64,000 bases of DNA from Candidatus Acetothermia bacterium (GCA_016179105.1 JACOSB010000120.1:489-64488); one strand, 5' to 3'; shown: positions 43,640 through 53,928, counted from the stretch's first letter. Program-made: numbers and translations. The notes: generated by a model from the letters alone, not told the origin.

Positions 43640-44695
43640 TTGATGGAGACAATCCAATTGATGGAAAAACTCTCGAATGCCTTCGGCGTGGCGGGCTTCG
43701 AGCACGAAGTACGCACAGAAATTGAGAAGTTAGTAAAACCATTGTCTGACGAAACACGGGTCGATGCCCTGGGAAATCTTATTGCGACCCGCAAGGGCAA
43801 AGACGGTTTTACGCTTATGCTCGACGCGCACATGGACGAAGTCGGTTTGATCGTCAGTTACGTCGAAGAACGAGGCTTCTTGAGGTTCGCGACGCTCGGC
43901 GGCTGGGATGCGCGCGTCTTGCCCGCTCAAGTCGTACAAGTGCAGACGAGGTCCGGGAAAAAATCTACCGGCGTGATCGGATGCCTTCCGCCGCATGTGC
44001 TCAAGCCCGAAGACCGTGAAAAGCCCTTCAAGATCGAAGACCTTTTTATTGACATCGGGGCTGAGTCAATCGAAGAGGCCACGGGAATGGGAGTACGGAT
44101 CGGCGATCCGGCGGTGCCCTTCTATCCCTTCACGCAGCTCACAGAAAATCTCATCGGGGGGAAAGCCTTCGATGACCGCGCGGGCTGCGCCGTGATGATT
44201 CGTGTGCTCGAAGCGCTCAAGAATGCTAAGCTGGACTTAACGCTTGTCTGTAACTTTGCCGTGGCTGAAGAGATCGGGGCGCGCGGAGCGCGTACAGCCG
44301 CGTATCAGGTCAAGCCCGACCTCGCGCTGGCGCTCGAGGGCACGATCGGGGCCGATGTGCCCGGAGTGGCTCCCTCGCGTCAGCCGACAGGGTTGGGGAA
44401 AGGACCGGCGATCACGATCGTGGACAACTCGCTGGTGGCCAGTCGTCGCGTCGTCGAAGCTCTGGAGAAATTGGCGGAGAAAACTAAGATGGCTTATCAA
44501 TACAAACTCCCGATCTACGGCGGGACGGACGCTGGGGGCATTCACACGACGGGCGCGGGCGTCGAGAGCGGGGTTCTCTCCGTGCCGTGTCGCTACATTC
44601 ACTCGCAATTCAGTCTGATGCGTCTCGATGATTTTGAGCAGACGGCAAAACTCGCGACAGAATTCGCGCAAAACAGCCGAGCGATGCTGGGATGA
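43640..44695 (+). CDS. M42 family aminopeptidase
   Basis: DALGNL, AHMDEVG, KAFDDRAG, EEIG.RGA, GGTDAG, RYIHS. Confidence 0.93.
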   Translation: MMETIQLMEKLSNAFGVAGFEHEVRTEIEKLVKPLSDETRVDALGNLIATRKGKDGFTLMLDAHMDEVGLIVSYVEERGFLRFATLGGWDARVLPAQVVQVQTRSGKKSTGVIGCLPPHVLKPEDREKPFKIEDLFIDIGAESIEEATGMGVRIGDPAVPFYPFTQLTENLIGGKAFDDRAGCAVMIRVLEALKNAKLDLTLVCNFAVAEEIGARGARTAAYQVKPDLALALEGTIGADVPGVAPSRQPTGLGKGPAITIVDNSLVASRRVVEALEKLAEKTKMAYQYKLPIYGGTDAGGIHTTGAGVESGVLSVPCRYIHSQFSLMRLDDFEQTAKLATEFAQNSRAMLG

Positions 44696-44820
44696 GAGAT
44701 CAGACCGATGCTCATCCGCGAGCCATTTGACTTGGAACAGTGAGTTCGGATAGGATCGGCTAAGAATCTCCTTATAGGGAAAATATCCGAGGAGATTCAC
44801 ATCGGAGGAGGTTTTTCATC

Positions 44821-45183
44821 ATGCGTGTCGTGTTGTGTGCACTGTTGGTGATCGTGGCGATTGTGTGTGTCAATGTCGATAGCTGGGCCGTTTCCATTAG
44901 ACCCGAAGAAGTGAAATGCCGCCTGAAGGGAGACCCGTTGTTGTTCGGAGCGGCTTCTTTCTTTGTGCCGGGATTGGGACAATTCTTCAATGGCCAAGAT
45001 GGCAAAGGAATCACCCATCTCGTCGTGGCGATCATCCTGCCGGCGGCAGTGGCCTACATTGCCTACATACTTGTGCCGATTTCCCCGTTGGCTTTTGCCG
45101 CTCCCTCCTTGATCTATCTGGTATGGGCGCTGTATAGCGCCCTCGATGCCTATAACATAGCGGCAGAGTATTGCAAGGCTTGA
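44821..45183 (+). CDS. Small membrane protein (S...PGLGQF.NG motif)
   Basis: RBS GGAGG; signal-like N-terminus; ASFFVPGLGQFFNGQ.GKG followed by two TM helices; W..YSA.DAY. Confidence 0.7.
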   Translation: MRVVLCALLVIVAIVCVNVDSWAVSIRPEEVKCRLKGDPLLFGAASFFVPGLGQFFNGQDGKGITHLVVAIILPAAVAYIAYILVPISPLAFAAPSLIYLVWALYSALDAYNIAAEYCKA

Positions 45184-45208
45184 GCTCCGACACCGTGTCG
45201 ATCCAGAG
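45173..45208. repeat. 36-nt direct repeat (33/36 identical) of 47843-47878 inside the ABC permease gene
   Basis: GCAAGGCTTGAGCTCCGACACCGTGTCGATCCAGAG vs GCACGGCTTGAGCTCCGAGACCGTGTCGATCCAAAG; both read LWIDTVSELKPC on the minus strand. Confidence 0.85.
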
Positions 45209-45313
45209 TTTGAGAATGGTGCTGGCCTTGCCGATCTTGTAGAGGGCAGCGGTGATCTCTTCGTCATCTCGCCAGACCCGGAAGGGACCGAGCAATTGAA
45301 TGCGTAAGCTCAC
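45209..45313 (-). pseudogene. N-terminal stub of a SARP-type regulator
   Basis: SLRIQLLGPFRVWRDDEEIT...IGKA..ILK is paralogous to the start of 46721..47635 and breaks off at the 36-nt repeat. Confidence 0.75.
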
Positions 45314-45363
45314 TTTTGGAATTGTAAGGGGGGAGAATTCGCTGAGAGCAAGTCAGGCTTCAC

Positions 45364-45714
45364 TTAGATGAATTTGCGCTGGTTCATGATTTCTTCCGCA
45401 GTAAAGCGATCTAAGAATTCTAAAACCTTTTTGAGCAAAGGGCGAAATTCAGGCGTACTTGTCAGAACGATTCCATAATGCTCTTTGCTTTCACTGAGCC
45501 AGCGCTCATGGAGTTTGGCAAAGTCGGCAACATTGTGTGAGAAAATGGCCATCTTATGTTGGACAGCGTATTCTAGCTGTTCTTCGTCTTCCACTCCTTT
45601 GCGTTCCGTTTCTCTGGCAGTCGCAGCATCATAACCGTAGCGACGCAAAGCGGGGCCTAGTTTGTTGTCGACATTCTCGTCTATGAAGAGTGCGATGAAG
45701 AGCCGTTCCGCCAA
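45364..45714 (-). CDS. DUF5615 PIN-like protein (VapC45-type toxin)
   Basis: LFIDENV, G..DEEQL.YA, S.N..DF..LH, H.GIVL. Confidence 0.85.
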   Translation of the reverse strand: MAERLFIALFIDENVDNKLGPALRRYGYDAATARETERKGVEDEEQLEYAVQHKMAIFSHNVADFAKLHERWLSESKEHYGIVLTSTPEFRPLLKKVLEFLDRFTAEEIMNQRKFI

Positions 45715-45962
45715 CGCTCCTCCGAGTTCTCTTCGAGGTCTTGGGTGATTTCTTCAATATGGTCAAACGCATAGCCGATGGCGTCCAAAATTTGGGATGG
45801 AGTTAGATGGCTATAAGCGCTTTGAATTTCTTCGATGGTCTCTCCGCCACGATAGCGCTTGAAGATCAACCAGATTGGGATGCGTGTGCCGACAATTACG
45901 GCCCTGCCCCCACAGACGCCCTTGCGCTTTTCCACATAAGGGTGTTTGATTTTTACAGCCAT
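45681..45962 (-). CDS. DUF433 protein (antitoxin partner)
   Basis: CGGRAVIVGTRIPIW...G.TIEEI..AY.HLT..QI.DA..Y; upstream TTGACA-18-TAGACT promoter. Confidence 0.9.
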   Translation of the reverse strand: MAVKIKHPYVEKRKGVCGGRAVIVGTRIPIWLIFKRYRGGETIEEIQSAYSHLTPSQILDAIGYAFDHIEEITQDLEENSEERWRNGSSSHSS

Positions 45963-46184
45963 GACAGACCACCAATCTCATGATGAGAGAAACGAGATCA
46001 TACGTAACCAGTCTAGCGATTTTGATTCACTATTGTCAATCGCCGGATTAAAAGCCGTTGTATGAGAGAGAAAGATAGTGTCATCCGATCCGTAAAGTCG
46101 GCGCAAATCTCAGCGCAAAATAACGAGCTTCTTGACCTCGCTCTTGACAATTGTACTGTCCTCACGGCTTACATAGTAGAGCTA

Positions 46185-46718
46185 TCATGGACAGCCTGAG
46201 CCTTGAGTCACGGTCTGAGTCACGGTATTGCTGGAAATACCGGTCGTATCATCGACAACCCAGAGTTGAGAAGTGCCTACAGGTGTAGCACAGGTGCTGG
46301 TGAAGTCCCAACTGATATTGCCATTACTGTCGGCACTGATTGCTGGAGTCAAGATGATCTCTTGGCCGTTAGGCTTCAGCAGGTGTCGAGTTACAGTTCG
46401 GTTGGGAGTGAAGCCGCTACCGTTGGTGCGGAAGGTCGTACCCTGAGAACCTGCACTCGGGGTGATGGTGATTAAGGGGGCACAACCTGGTCCAAGAGTG
46501 ACTGTCTCAGTGATGACATTACTCTGTAGGTTCTTGCCCACATCGAGAGTCCAGACTTGATAGGTGCCAGGTTGTCCTAAAGGATCGTCGCATGGAGGAG
46601 AATAGTCCCAACTGATGTTGCCGTTGGGGTCAGCGGTGATGGCTGGGATCTCTTGCGGATTCTTGCCAGACGGTTGAACGAAGCGACGGACACTCCCGTT
46701 GGAGGTAAACTTGTTTCC
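46185..46718 (-). pseudogene. 3' fragment of an Ig-like tandem-repeat surface protein
   Basis: The frame stays open upstream of the annotated 46541 start. Two repeats G..FT.N..V.R....P.G...I.AD.NGNISWD...C...GT.Q.W..D....SN..T.TVT.G.GC; no start codon or signal peptide. Confidence 0.7.
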
Positions 46719-46720
46719 TG

Positions 46721-47635
46721 TTAATGGGCTCGCTGTAGCGCGTCCATGAGCTGGGCATACTCGTGCTTTCGACCCACAAACGGGACGCTCCCCGGCGAGA
46801 GCGCGTATGGAAACTCTATCGCTTGTGAGGACGGAGGGGGTCGGTCTACTTCAGGCACGTGGCCTGCTCGAATCTGTTCGTACAATTGCTTGATCTCGGG
46901 CGTAGGATCTGTTGCCAGCTCTTCCTTGAGCATCTTCACGCACTGCTCATAGGTGCGCGGCGCCTCGGCCTGATCCCCCGCAAGATAGTAGTACAGCATG
47001 AGCTGGCGATGGGTACTCTCTCGGAATTTTTCAAGCCGCAAGACATGACGATAGCATTCAATCGCGCGCCGGTACTGCCCTGAATGAACGTAGCAGTTTG
47101 CTAATTGTTTCAACAGATCGAGATGGGTCTCTTGCCATTTCTCGCGTACTGGGATGGCCCATTCTTCGGTGCGATCTTCGATCAAGTACTCTCCATCATG
47201 AGCTGAGCGGAGCGCGGTTTCGTAAGCATCAATGGCGGGAGAGATTTGTCCTTGATTCTGTAATTTTCGAGCCCGCTCATAATGCTGAAGGTATTCTTGG
47301 AAGTCGATCCTGCATTCGACCTTGGAGTTCCAGTAATAGCCCTGAGGTCTCTTGAGGAGAATGTAACGAGATTGGCCAAATTTTTTGAGCGAGGGCTCCA
47401 AGATCTTACGAAGCTTGCTGATGCGTTTGTAAAGATTCCCTTTTGCTTTTTTGAGATCAGTATGATGGTTCCAGAGAGCGTCGATGAGGTCTTCTATGCC
47501 AACAATTTGACCAGGCTGATTGAGTAATAGCTTCAGGATGACATCTGCTTTGCCGATCTGACGGATTTCATTTGTAATATCTTGATTGTCGTGCAGGACT
47601 CGGAAAGGTCCCAGCAGTCGAATATCCAAACCCAT
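46721..47635 (-). pseudogene. Truncated SARP regulator (wHTH+BTAD; ATPase/TPR lost)
   Basis: IRLLGPFRV, EEWA...RE, E..HRQLM..Y; stops just after PFVGR..E, where the NTPase domain starts. Confidence 0.8.
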
Positions 47636-47716
47636 CCCGCACTCTCCCCAAAGAAGTTTCTGTCATTGTAACGGGGAGAGTGCGGCAAAGACAAGTTGGA
47701 TTGTATAAATTGCAAG

Positions 47717-48670
47717 TTATTCTCTTCGGTACGGTTGCCCGCTCTGCTTGGGGAAGCGCGCGTGCCCGATCGCAACTGCCACGACCGCAAGCGTCGCGAT
47801 GTACGGGAGCATCTTCACAAAGTTATGGAAGGCAAAGGGCAAGCACGGCTTGAGCTCCGAGACCGTGTCGATCCAAAGCGCGAGCGTGTCGAAGACGCCA
47901 AAGAGAAAGCCACCCAAGAGCGCGAGCAACGGATTCAATCCACTAAAAACGACGTTCGCGAGCGCGATGAAGCCGCGCCCCGCTGAGAGCTCTTTGGTGA
48001 TTGTGCTCAGCCAGTCAATACTGAGATATGCTCCCCCAAGTCCCGCGAGCGAGGCGCCGTAGATCACCGCGAAGAAGCGTGTGCGCTCTACAGAAATTCC
48101 GGCCACATCCGTCGCTTCCGGGTTCTCGCCCACAGCTTTGACGCGTAACCCCAGCACGGTCTTGTTCAATAAGAACCAAGTCAAGATCGCGATCAGAATC
48201 GTCGCCGGGATGAGCGGGCTGAGATCGCCTAAGGGCGTCTGCAGGGCCGGCACGCGCGCGGCCGGCGGCGCTTGGTGATAGCCCGCTGACTTCCAGACCG
48301 CCATGATGCCAAACGCGACGAACCCCAACGCAAAGAGATTGATCCCAATCCCGCTGATGACTTGGTCGCCTTTGAGCGGGATTGCGATCAGACCATGAAT
48401 CCAGCCGATGAGCGCCCCCGTGCCCAGGCCCGCCAGAAGGCCGATCCAGGGACTAGACGTCACTTCCGCGGCCCACAACGACGTGAACGCACTGATAAGT
48501 AGAATGCCTTCGAGGCCAATGTTGACGATGCCAGATTTTTCACTGAAAACTTCGCCGACGCTGGTCAGCGTGATCGGGACCATCGCGATGAGCGCCAGCC
48601 TCAGCAAGTCCGGCGCGGAGTTCCATAAGAGCGACAAGAATCCGACGAAATTGACAGTACACTCTTGCAT
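47717..48670 (-). CDS. Nucleoside ABC transporter permease 2
   Basis: GEVFSEKSGIVNIGLEG, AVGENPEA.D.AGI, GRGFIALA, LPYIATL. Start ATG 48670; the ORF-track extension overlaps the upstream gene. Confidence 0.92.
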   Translation of the reverse strand: MQECTVNFVGFLSLLWNSAPDLLRLALIAMVPITLTSVGEVFSEKSGIVNIGLEGILLISAFTSLWAAEVTSSPWIGLLAGLGTGALIGWIHGLIAIPLKGDQVISGIGINLFALGFVAFGIMAVWKSAGYHQAPPAARVPALQTPLGDLSPLIPATILIAILTWFLLNKTVLGLRVKAVGENPEATDVAGISVERTRFFAVIYGASLAGLGGAYLSIDWLSTITKELSAGRGFIALANVVFSGLNPLLALLGGFLFGVFDTLALWIDTVSELKPCLPFAFHNFVKMLPYIATLAVVAVAIGHARFPKQSGQPYRRE

Positions 48671-48675
48671 GGCGT

Positions 48676-49806
48676 TCAACCTCGCTTGCGCCGGAAAATC
48701 TTGAAAATACTCAATAATTCGGGAATCGCGAGCGTCAGGATGATCGCGCCCTGCACGACGCGCACCATCTCCAAGGGCACTTGAGCGGCGATCTGCATCT
48801 GGTTCGAGCCGGCGGAGAGCCCGCCCATGAAGATCGCGGCCACGATCGCGCCCAACGGATGGTTGCGCCCGATGAGCGCGACCGCGATTCCGTCGAACCC
48901 CAAATTCATCACGTTCGAGAGGTCTTCGTAGAGCGCATAGGTCGGCGGCCGACCCAGGATCTGCGTCGCTCCGGCTAGTCCCGCCGCAAGACCTCCGAGC
49001 ACGAACGACGCGATCATCGTGCGGGTCGGTCGTATCCCGCCGTAGCGTGACGCATCGGGGTTGAGCCCGACCGCGCGAATCTCGTAACCCAAGGCCGTCT
49101 GCCACAGAATCCAGTAAATAATTCCCGCGAAGAGCACGCTAACCAGAAGCGAAGCCGTCAGGTCCATTCCCGGCAGGATGGGAAGGAGCCGTGCGCTCTG
49201 AGCGATGCTGATCGACTTCTCGGCACGGTTGGGGTCGACGAGCGCCGTCGCGATCAGATAGTAGGCCAGATAGCGCCCGACCCAGTTCAACATGATGGTT
49301 GAGATAACTTCGTGTACGCCGCGGGTCGCTTTCAACAGGGCGACGGGAAGACTCCAGAGCGCGCCAGCGATCAGTGCGAAGAGAATTGAAACAAGAACAT
49401 GCAAGCCCGGCGGGAGAGAGAAGAGACTGGCTGCGACCGCGGCCATGGCCCCAATATAGACTTGGCCCTCGGCTCCGATATTAAATAGCCCAGCCCGGAT
49501 GCCGATGGCAAACGTGAGCCCGGTTAAAATCAAGGGAGTCGCGTTGGTCAGAGTGTTGGTCAGCTCGTAGAGGCCATATATGACCCCCGTCTCTTTGCAA
49601 GCATCGATGCCTTGTGAGAGTAAACATGAGAGGGCTTTCCCTATCGAGCCGAAATCTCCGAAGGCGCCTTGAAAGAGAGCAAGGTATGCTTTTACAGGGT
49701 CATACTTCCACAAGAGCATGAGAACAGCGCCGATTCCGAAACCCAAGAGCGCCGCGAAAAGCCCTTCGACCAAGGGCTTAAACCAGCCCCAGAGCTTGGT
49801 CCTCAT
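48676..49806 (-). CDS. Nucleoside ABC transporter permease 1
   Basis: TPLILTGL, GLFNIGAEGQ, HEVISTIMLN, GFDGIAVALIG.NHP. Confidence 0.92.
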   Translation of the reverse strand: MRTKLWGWFKPLVEGLFAALLGFGIGAVLMLLWKYDPVKAYLALFQGAFGDFGSIGKALSCLLSQGIDACKETGVIYGLYELTNTLTNATPLILTGLTFAIGIRAGLFNIGAEGQVYIGAMAAVAASLFSLPPGLHVLVSILFALIAGALWSLPVALLKATRGVHEVISTIMLNWVGRYLAYYLIATALVDPNRAEKSISIAQSARLLPILPGMDLTASLLVSVLFAGIIYWILWQTALGYEIRAVGLNPDASRYGGIRPTRTMIASFVLGGLAAGLAGATQILGRPPTYALYEDLSNVMNLGFDGIAVALIGRNHPLGAIVAAIFMGGLSAGSNQMQIAAQVPLEMVRVVQGAIILTLAIPELLSIFKIFRRKRG

Positions 49807-51356
49807 CGCGCGGCCTCACCCACCGGTGCGGCCAGCGCACTCACGCCCCCCATCATAAGTCCGATGCGCTCACGATCCAGCTCTTCGGGCTTGGCCACGC
49901 CCATGAATTTCCCCTCGTACATGACAGCAATACGATCGCTCAATTGAAAGATCTCTTCCAAATCAGCCGAGACTAATAAGACGGCCTTGCCCTCATCGCG
50001 CAAATGAACTAATTGATCGCGAATGTATTGCGTCGCAGAAATATCTAATCCTCGGGTCGGCTGAGCCGCCACCACTAAGCTAGGTTGCTTGTCGAACTCG
50101 CGGGCGCAGACTAATTTTTGCTGATTGCCCCCGCTCAAGCTCTTGGCCGGCGCTTTTACATCGGAAGCGACGATGGAAAATTTTTTGATTAAATCCCACG
50201 TGTGGCTGCCCACTTTTCCCCACAGAATTTTTCCTAACCATCCATGAAAACGCTTTTCGCGGTGCACGCCCAAAATGCTGTTCTCGGACAACGAAAACTC
50301 TAGAATCATGCCCAGGCGCCGCCGGTCTTCGGGCACGTGCGCGAGCCCTTGTTGGTAGAGCTGGCGCGGGTTCTGCCCAGCGATATTTTTTTCGTTGATA
50401 GAAATCTCTCCGTGCTCGACGGGGCGCAAGCCCGTGATCGCTTCCACCAACTCCGTCTGACCATTGCCCTCGACTCCGGCGATTCCGAGAATCTCGCCGG
50501 CGTGCACAGCGAACGAAAGGTCTTCGATCGAATGCAGGCCCAAATTATCTTTGACTCTGAGATGCGAGACTTGCATGATGGCCGAGCCGATCTGGGTTGG
50601 CTTTTTCTCAATCGAGGGCAAGACGTCGTGTCCGATCATCATGCGCGCCAAAATTTCGGGCGTCGCCTCTGGAGTTGCTATCTGTCCGGCGTTTTGTCCC
50701 TGACGTAGCACTGTCACTCGATCGGTCACATCCAAAATTTCTTTAAGCTTGTGGGTGATCAAAATGATCGATTTGCCCGCGTCCCGAAGTGTACGAAGTG
50801 TCTTAAAAAAATCGTGGACTTCGACGGGAGTGAGCACGGCCGTCGGTTCGTCCAGAATCAACACATCGACGGAGCGATAGAGCATCTTAATGATTTCGAC
50901 GCGCTGCTGGACGCCCACGGCAAGCGACTCGGTGCGCGCATCCAAGGGAACCGAAAACCCTCCCGCGCGCATCATCTCTTCGACGCGCGCTCTGGCTTTG
51001 CTCATCTGAAGGCGCGAGAGATTCGAGCTGCCCTCTTGACCGAGCAAAATGTTTTCTAATGCGCTGAAGGTTGGGACGAGCGCGAAGTGCTGGTGGACCA
51101 TCCCGATGCCCGAGCGCAGTGCATCGGAGGGATTGCGAAAATTTTTGAGTTTCCCCCGGATAAAAATTTTCCCTTCGGTCGGTCGCAAAAGGCCTGAGAG
51201 AATTTTGGTCAGAGTCGATTTTCCGGCACCGTTCTCGCCCAAGAGCCCGTGGATCTCACCGCGGCGTAAGTCAAAATTCACACCCTTCAATGCAACGGTA
51301 CCGTCGGGATAGATTTTTTGGATCGACAGCATCTGAATTGCGAGAGATTCGCTCAT
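49803..51356 (-). CDS. Nucleoside/sugar ABC transporter ATPase (two ABC domains)
   Basis: GENGAGKSTL, LDEPT, GVEGNGQ, LSGGNQQK, QPTRGLD. Confidence 0.95.
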   Translation of the reverse strand: MSESLAIQMLSIQKIYPDGTVALKGVNFDLRRGEIHGLLGENGAGKSTLTKILSGLLRPTEGKIFIRGKLKNFRNPSDALRSGIGMVHQHFALVPTFSALENILLGQEGSSNLSRLQMSKARARVEEMMRAGGFSVPLDARTESLAVGVQQRVEIIKMLYRSVDVLILDEPTAVLTPVEVHDFFKTLRTLRDAGKSIILITHKLKEILDVTDRVTVLRQGQNAGQIATPEATPEILARMMIGHDVLPSIEKKPTQIGSAIMQVSHLRVKDNLGLHSIEDLSFAVHAGEILGIAGVEGNGQTELVEAITGLRPVEHGEISINEKNIAGQNPRQLYQQGLAHVPEDRRRLGMILEFSLSENSILGVHREKRFHGWLGKILWGKVGSHTWDLIKKFSIVASDVKAPAKSLSGGNQQKLVCAREFDKQPSLVVAAQPTRGLDISATQYIRDQLVHLRDEGKAVLLVSADLEEIFQLSDRIAVMYEGKFMGVAKPEELDRERIGLMMGGVSALAAPVGEAAR

Positions 51357-51376
51357 GGTGTGTTTGCGAAAATTGT

Positions 51377-51404
51377 GTAGGGGCGCACAGCCGTGCGCCC
51401 CTAC
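51377..51404. repeat. GTAG-type REP palindrome
   Basis: GTAGGGGCGCAC-AGCC-GTGCGCCCCTAC. Confidence 0.85.
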
Positions 51405-51421
51405 GGTGCGTTGGCGTCAGA

Positions 51422-52603
51422 TTAGAAATTCTTGCGACACGCCTCGATCGCGTCCTTGTCCTGAGCGAGAGGAACCTTGACCTCGCCGCTCTTGATCTTG
51501 GTCTCCAGCTCTGCTGCAATGGCAAAGACGGAGGCAGGAACAGAGGCACGCATCGCGCGGACTTTGGCGACGATCTTGTCCTTGTCCTCGGCCTTGACCG
51601 TGCCGGCCTTGATGCCCAGTTGCAGGAAGGTATCGAGATCCTCGACGGTGCTCAACCTGACGCCGCCCTCATTCAGACCCAACTCCAGAATGCCGCCCTT
51701 GAAGGTGCCTTCTTTGGCTTGCTTAGCAGCCGTGAAGACGCCCGTGTCGACACGCTTCATCATGCTGGCCAGAATGAAGCCGGGCTTGATGTAGTCTTGG
51801 TCGGCGTCGACGCCAATCGCGAACGGCGGGCCCTGGTCCTTGCCAGCGGCCTTGCCGCGCGCCTCAACAGCCTCAAAGATGCCCAAGCCCGTCGCACCCG
51901 CGACGTTGTAGACCAAGATCGCACCCTGGTTTAACATAATTTCCGTGGCAGTCTTGCCCTTGGCCGGGTCGCCGAAGGAACCAGTATAGTTAGACAAAAC
52001 TTTCACGGCATCTTTGTTCGTCTTCAATTTTTGAGTCAGCGCGTAGTTAACGCCAAAACGATACCCGCACTCGAACTTCCACAAAACGGGGATCTCGATG
52101 CCGAGCACAACACCGATAGAAGACGCTTTCAATTCGGTCGCAAGCACTGCACCGAGTGCGCCGACAAGCGCGCTACCCTCTTGCTCCTTGAAAAGCACGC
52201 TCAGGACGTTCTTCTTGTCCGGGATGAAGCCGTCGATAATCGCGAAGTTTTGGTTCGGGGATTCAGTCGAGACCGCGACCATCGCGTCCGTGAGCAAGAA
52301 GCCCACGCCGACGACTACCGTGCAGGTTCCGGTGCGGGCGAGCGTGCGCAGGTTCGGGAGATAATCCTGCTCAGTCTTGCTCTGGACTTCCACGAGCTTT
52401 GTCGCATGACCGGCCTTGACGGCGTTGTCTCCGCCGAGGGCAGCCATGTCGTTGAACGAGAGATCGCCGCGTCCACCTACATCGTAGACGATACAGAGAT
52501 CTGTCTTTTGCTGCGCCGTTAGTGTATTTTCATTCAGCGAGACAATTCCCAGGAACCCAAATAAAGCAACGCTTAGTAAAAAAACCTTGGCCAGGGTGTT
52601 CAT
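51422..52603 (-). CDS. BMP-family ABC substrate-binding protein
   Basis: DVGGRGDLSFND, F.EQEGS.L.G, GSFGDP.KG, AIGVDADQ, SMMKRVD. Confidence 0.93.
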   Translation of the reverse strand: MNTLAKVFLLSVALFGFLGIVSLNENTLTAQQKTDLCIVYDVGGRGDLSFNDMAALGGDNAVKAGHATKLVEVQSKTEQDYLPNLRTLARTGTCTVVVGVGFLLTDAMVAVSTESPNQNFAIIDGFIPDKKNVLSVLFKEQEGSALVGALGAVLATELKASSIGVVLGIEIPVLWKFECGYRFGVNYALTQKLKTNKDAVKVLSNYTGSFGDPAKGKTATEIMLNQGAILVYNVAGATGLGIFEAVEARGKAAGKDQGPPFAIGVDADQDYIKPGFILASMMKRVDTGVFTAAKQAKEGTFKGGILELGLNEGGVRLSTVEDLDTFLQLGIKAGTVKAEDKDKIVAKVRAMRASVPASVFAIAAELETKIKSGEVKVPLAQDKDAIEACRKNF

Positions 52604-52725
52604 CTAAAACCTCCTTGTAGAGAGTCCAATCACTTTTGCCATCAATTTCCGCCGCACGAACGATTTACTTTTTTCCCCTTTTTCCCTCTGCTCTTACTCT
52701 TAGATCTCACCTCCCCGCGATGAGT

Positions 52726-53928
52726 CTATTTATCCAATTCCGCACGCCATTTTTTCAAGTCGTCTTGCGTCGTGACTTTCGGCACTTGCACTTTCCCAGA
52801 ACGAATCAATTGCTCCAGTACGCTGACTGCGGCCCAGATATAGGTCGGGAGACTATCGCGCATCGCTTTGACTTTTTTCACGATCGCGTCGTGCTGGTCG
52901 GCTTTCACTGCGCCGGCTTTGATGCCAAGTTGTAGGAAAGTCTCGAGGTCTTCGAGTCGGCTCATCGAAACGCCATTCTCTTTAAGACCGAGCTCCAAGG
53001 TTCCCCCCCGAAAGCTGCCTTCTTTGGCGAGCTTCGCGGCGGTGAAGACGCCCTGATCGACACGCTTGATCATACTGGCAATGATGAAACCGGGTTTTAA
53101 GTAATCTTGGTCGGCGTCGACGCCGATGCCAAACGGCGGCCCCAGCTCTTTGCCGGCGGATTTGCCCTTGGCTTCTGCAGCTTCGAAGATTCCAAGTCCC
53201 GTCGCGCCCGCGACGTTATACACAGCAATCGCTCCTTGGTTGAGCTGGACTTCGGTCGCGTTCTTGCCGCGAGCGGGATCGTTGAACGAGCCCGTATACG
53301 TCCAGAGCACTTTGGCGCCCGCGAGTTGGGGATTACCGAGCGCGGCGCGCAGGACATCACGGGCCCAGCGCACGCCCCACTTGTAGCCGATCTCAAACTT
53401 CCACAAAACGGGGATCTCCAGGCCCAGAATGACTCCGACGGCGGAAGCTTTGTTCTCCATCGCAATCAAGCCAGCCAACGCGCCGACGAGCGCGCTGCCC
53501 TCATTCTCCTTGAAGAGCACACTCAGCACGTTCTTTTTGGTGTCGAGAAAGCCATCGACGATCGCGTAGTTTTGTTTGGGGAATTCATCGGCGACCGCTT
53601 TCGCAGCATCGGTCAGCAAGAAGCCGACGGCGACGATTAAGATACAATCGCCGGCACGGGAGAGCGACCTTAAGTTCGGCAAATAGTCGGACTCGGATTT
53701 GCTCTGGGCTTCGACCACTTGGGCAGCGATGCCGGCCTTCACGACTGATTCGCCGCCCAAAGCCGCCATGTCGTTGAACGAGAGATCGCCGCGCCCGCCG
53801 ATGTCATAGACGATGCACATCTTGTTCTTTGTGGATTGGGCGACACTAGAATTTTCGGTGAAGGTGATGCCTACGCTATATAGCAGAACCAGCGAGCTGA
53901 CGAGCGCGAGCTTTAGACTATGGCGCAT
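52726..53928 (-). CDS. BMP-family ABC substrate-binding protein (tandem paralogue)
   Basis: Same motifs as 51422..52603, with long near-identical stretches. Confidence 0.93.
   Translation of the reverse strand: MRHSLKLALVSSLVLLYSVGITFTENSSVAQSTKNKMCIVYDIGGRGDLSFNDMAALGGESVVKAGIAAQVVEAQSKSESDYLPNLRSLSRAGDCILIVAVGFLLTDAAKAVADEFPKQNYAIVDGFLDTKKNVLSVLFKENEGSALVGALAGLIAMENKASAVGVILGLEIPVLWKFEIGYKWGVRWARDVLRAALGNPQLAGAKVLWTYTGSFNDPARGKNATEVQLNQGAIAVYNVAGATGLGIFEAAEAKGKSAGKELGPPFGIGVDADQDYLKPGFIIASMIKRVDQGVFTAAKLAKEGSFRGGTLELGLKENGVSMSRLEDLETFLQLGIKAGAVKADQHDAIVKKVKAMRDSLPTYIWAAVSVLEQLIRSGKVQVPKVTTQDDLKKWRAELDK

Noticed and set aside
38122-49105. N-terminal extensions in the ORF track (38122, 39839, 49105; also 8534, 55326, 15147, 27050, 29336)
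   Set aside because: They overlap neighbouring genes or promoters; downstream ATGs have RBSs and match family N-termini or signal peptides.
8483-51404. CRISPR array from the palindromic repeats
   Set aside because: Copies are dispersed singletons with variable cores; no regular spacers and no cas genes.
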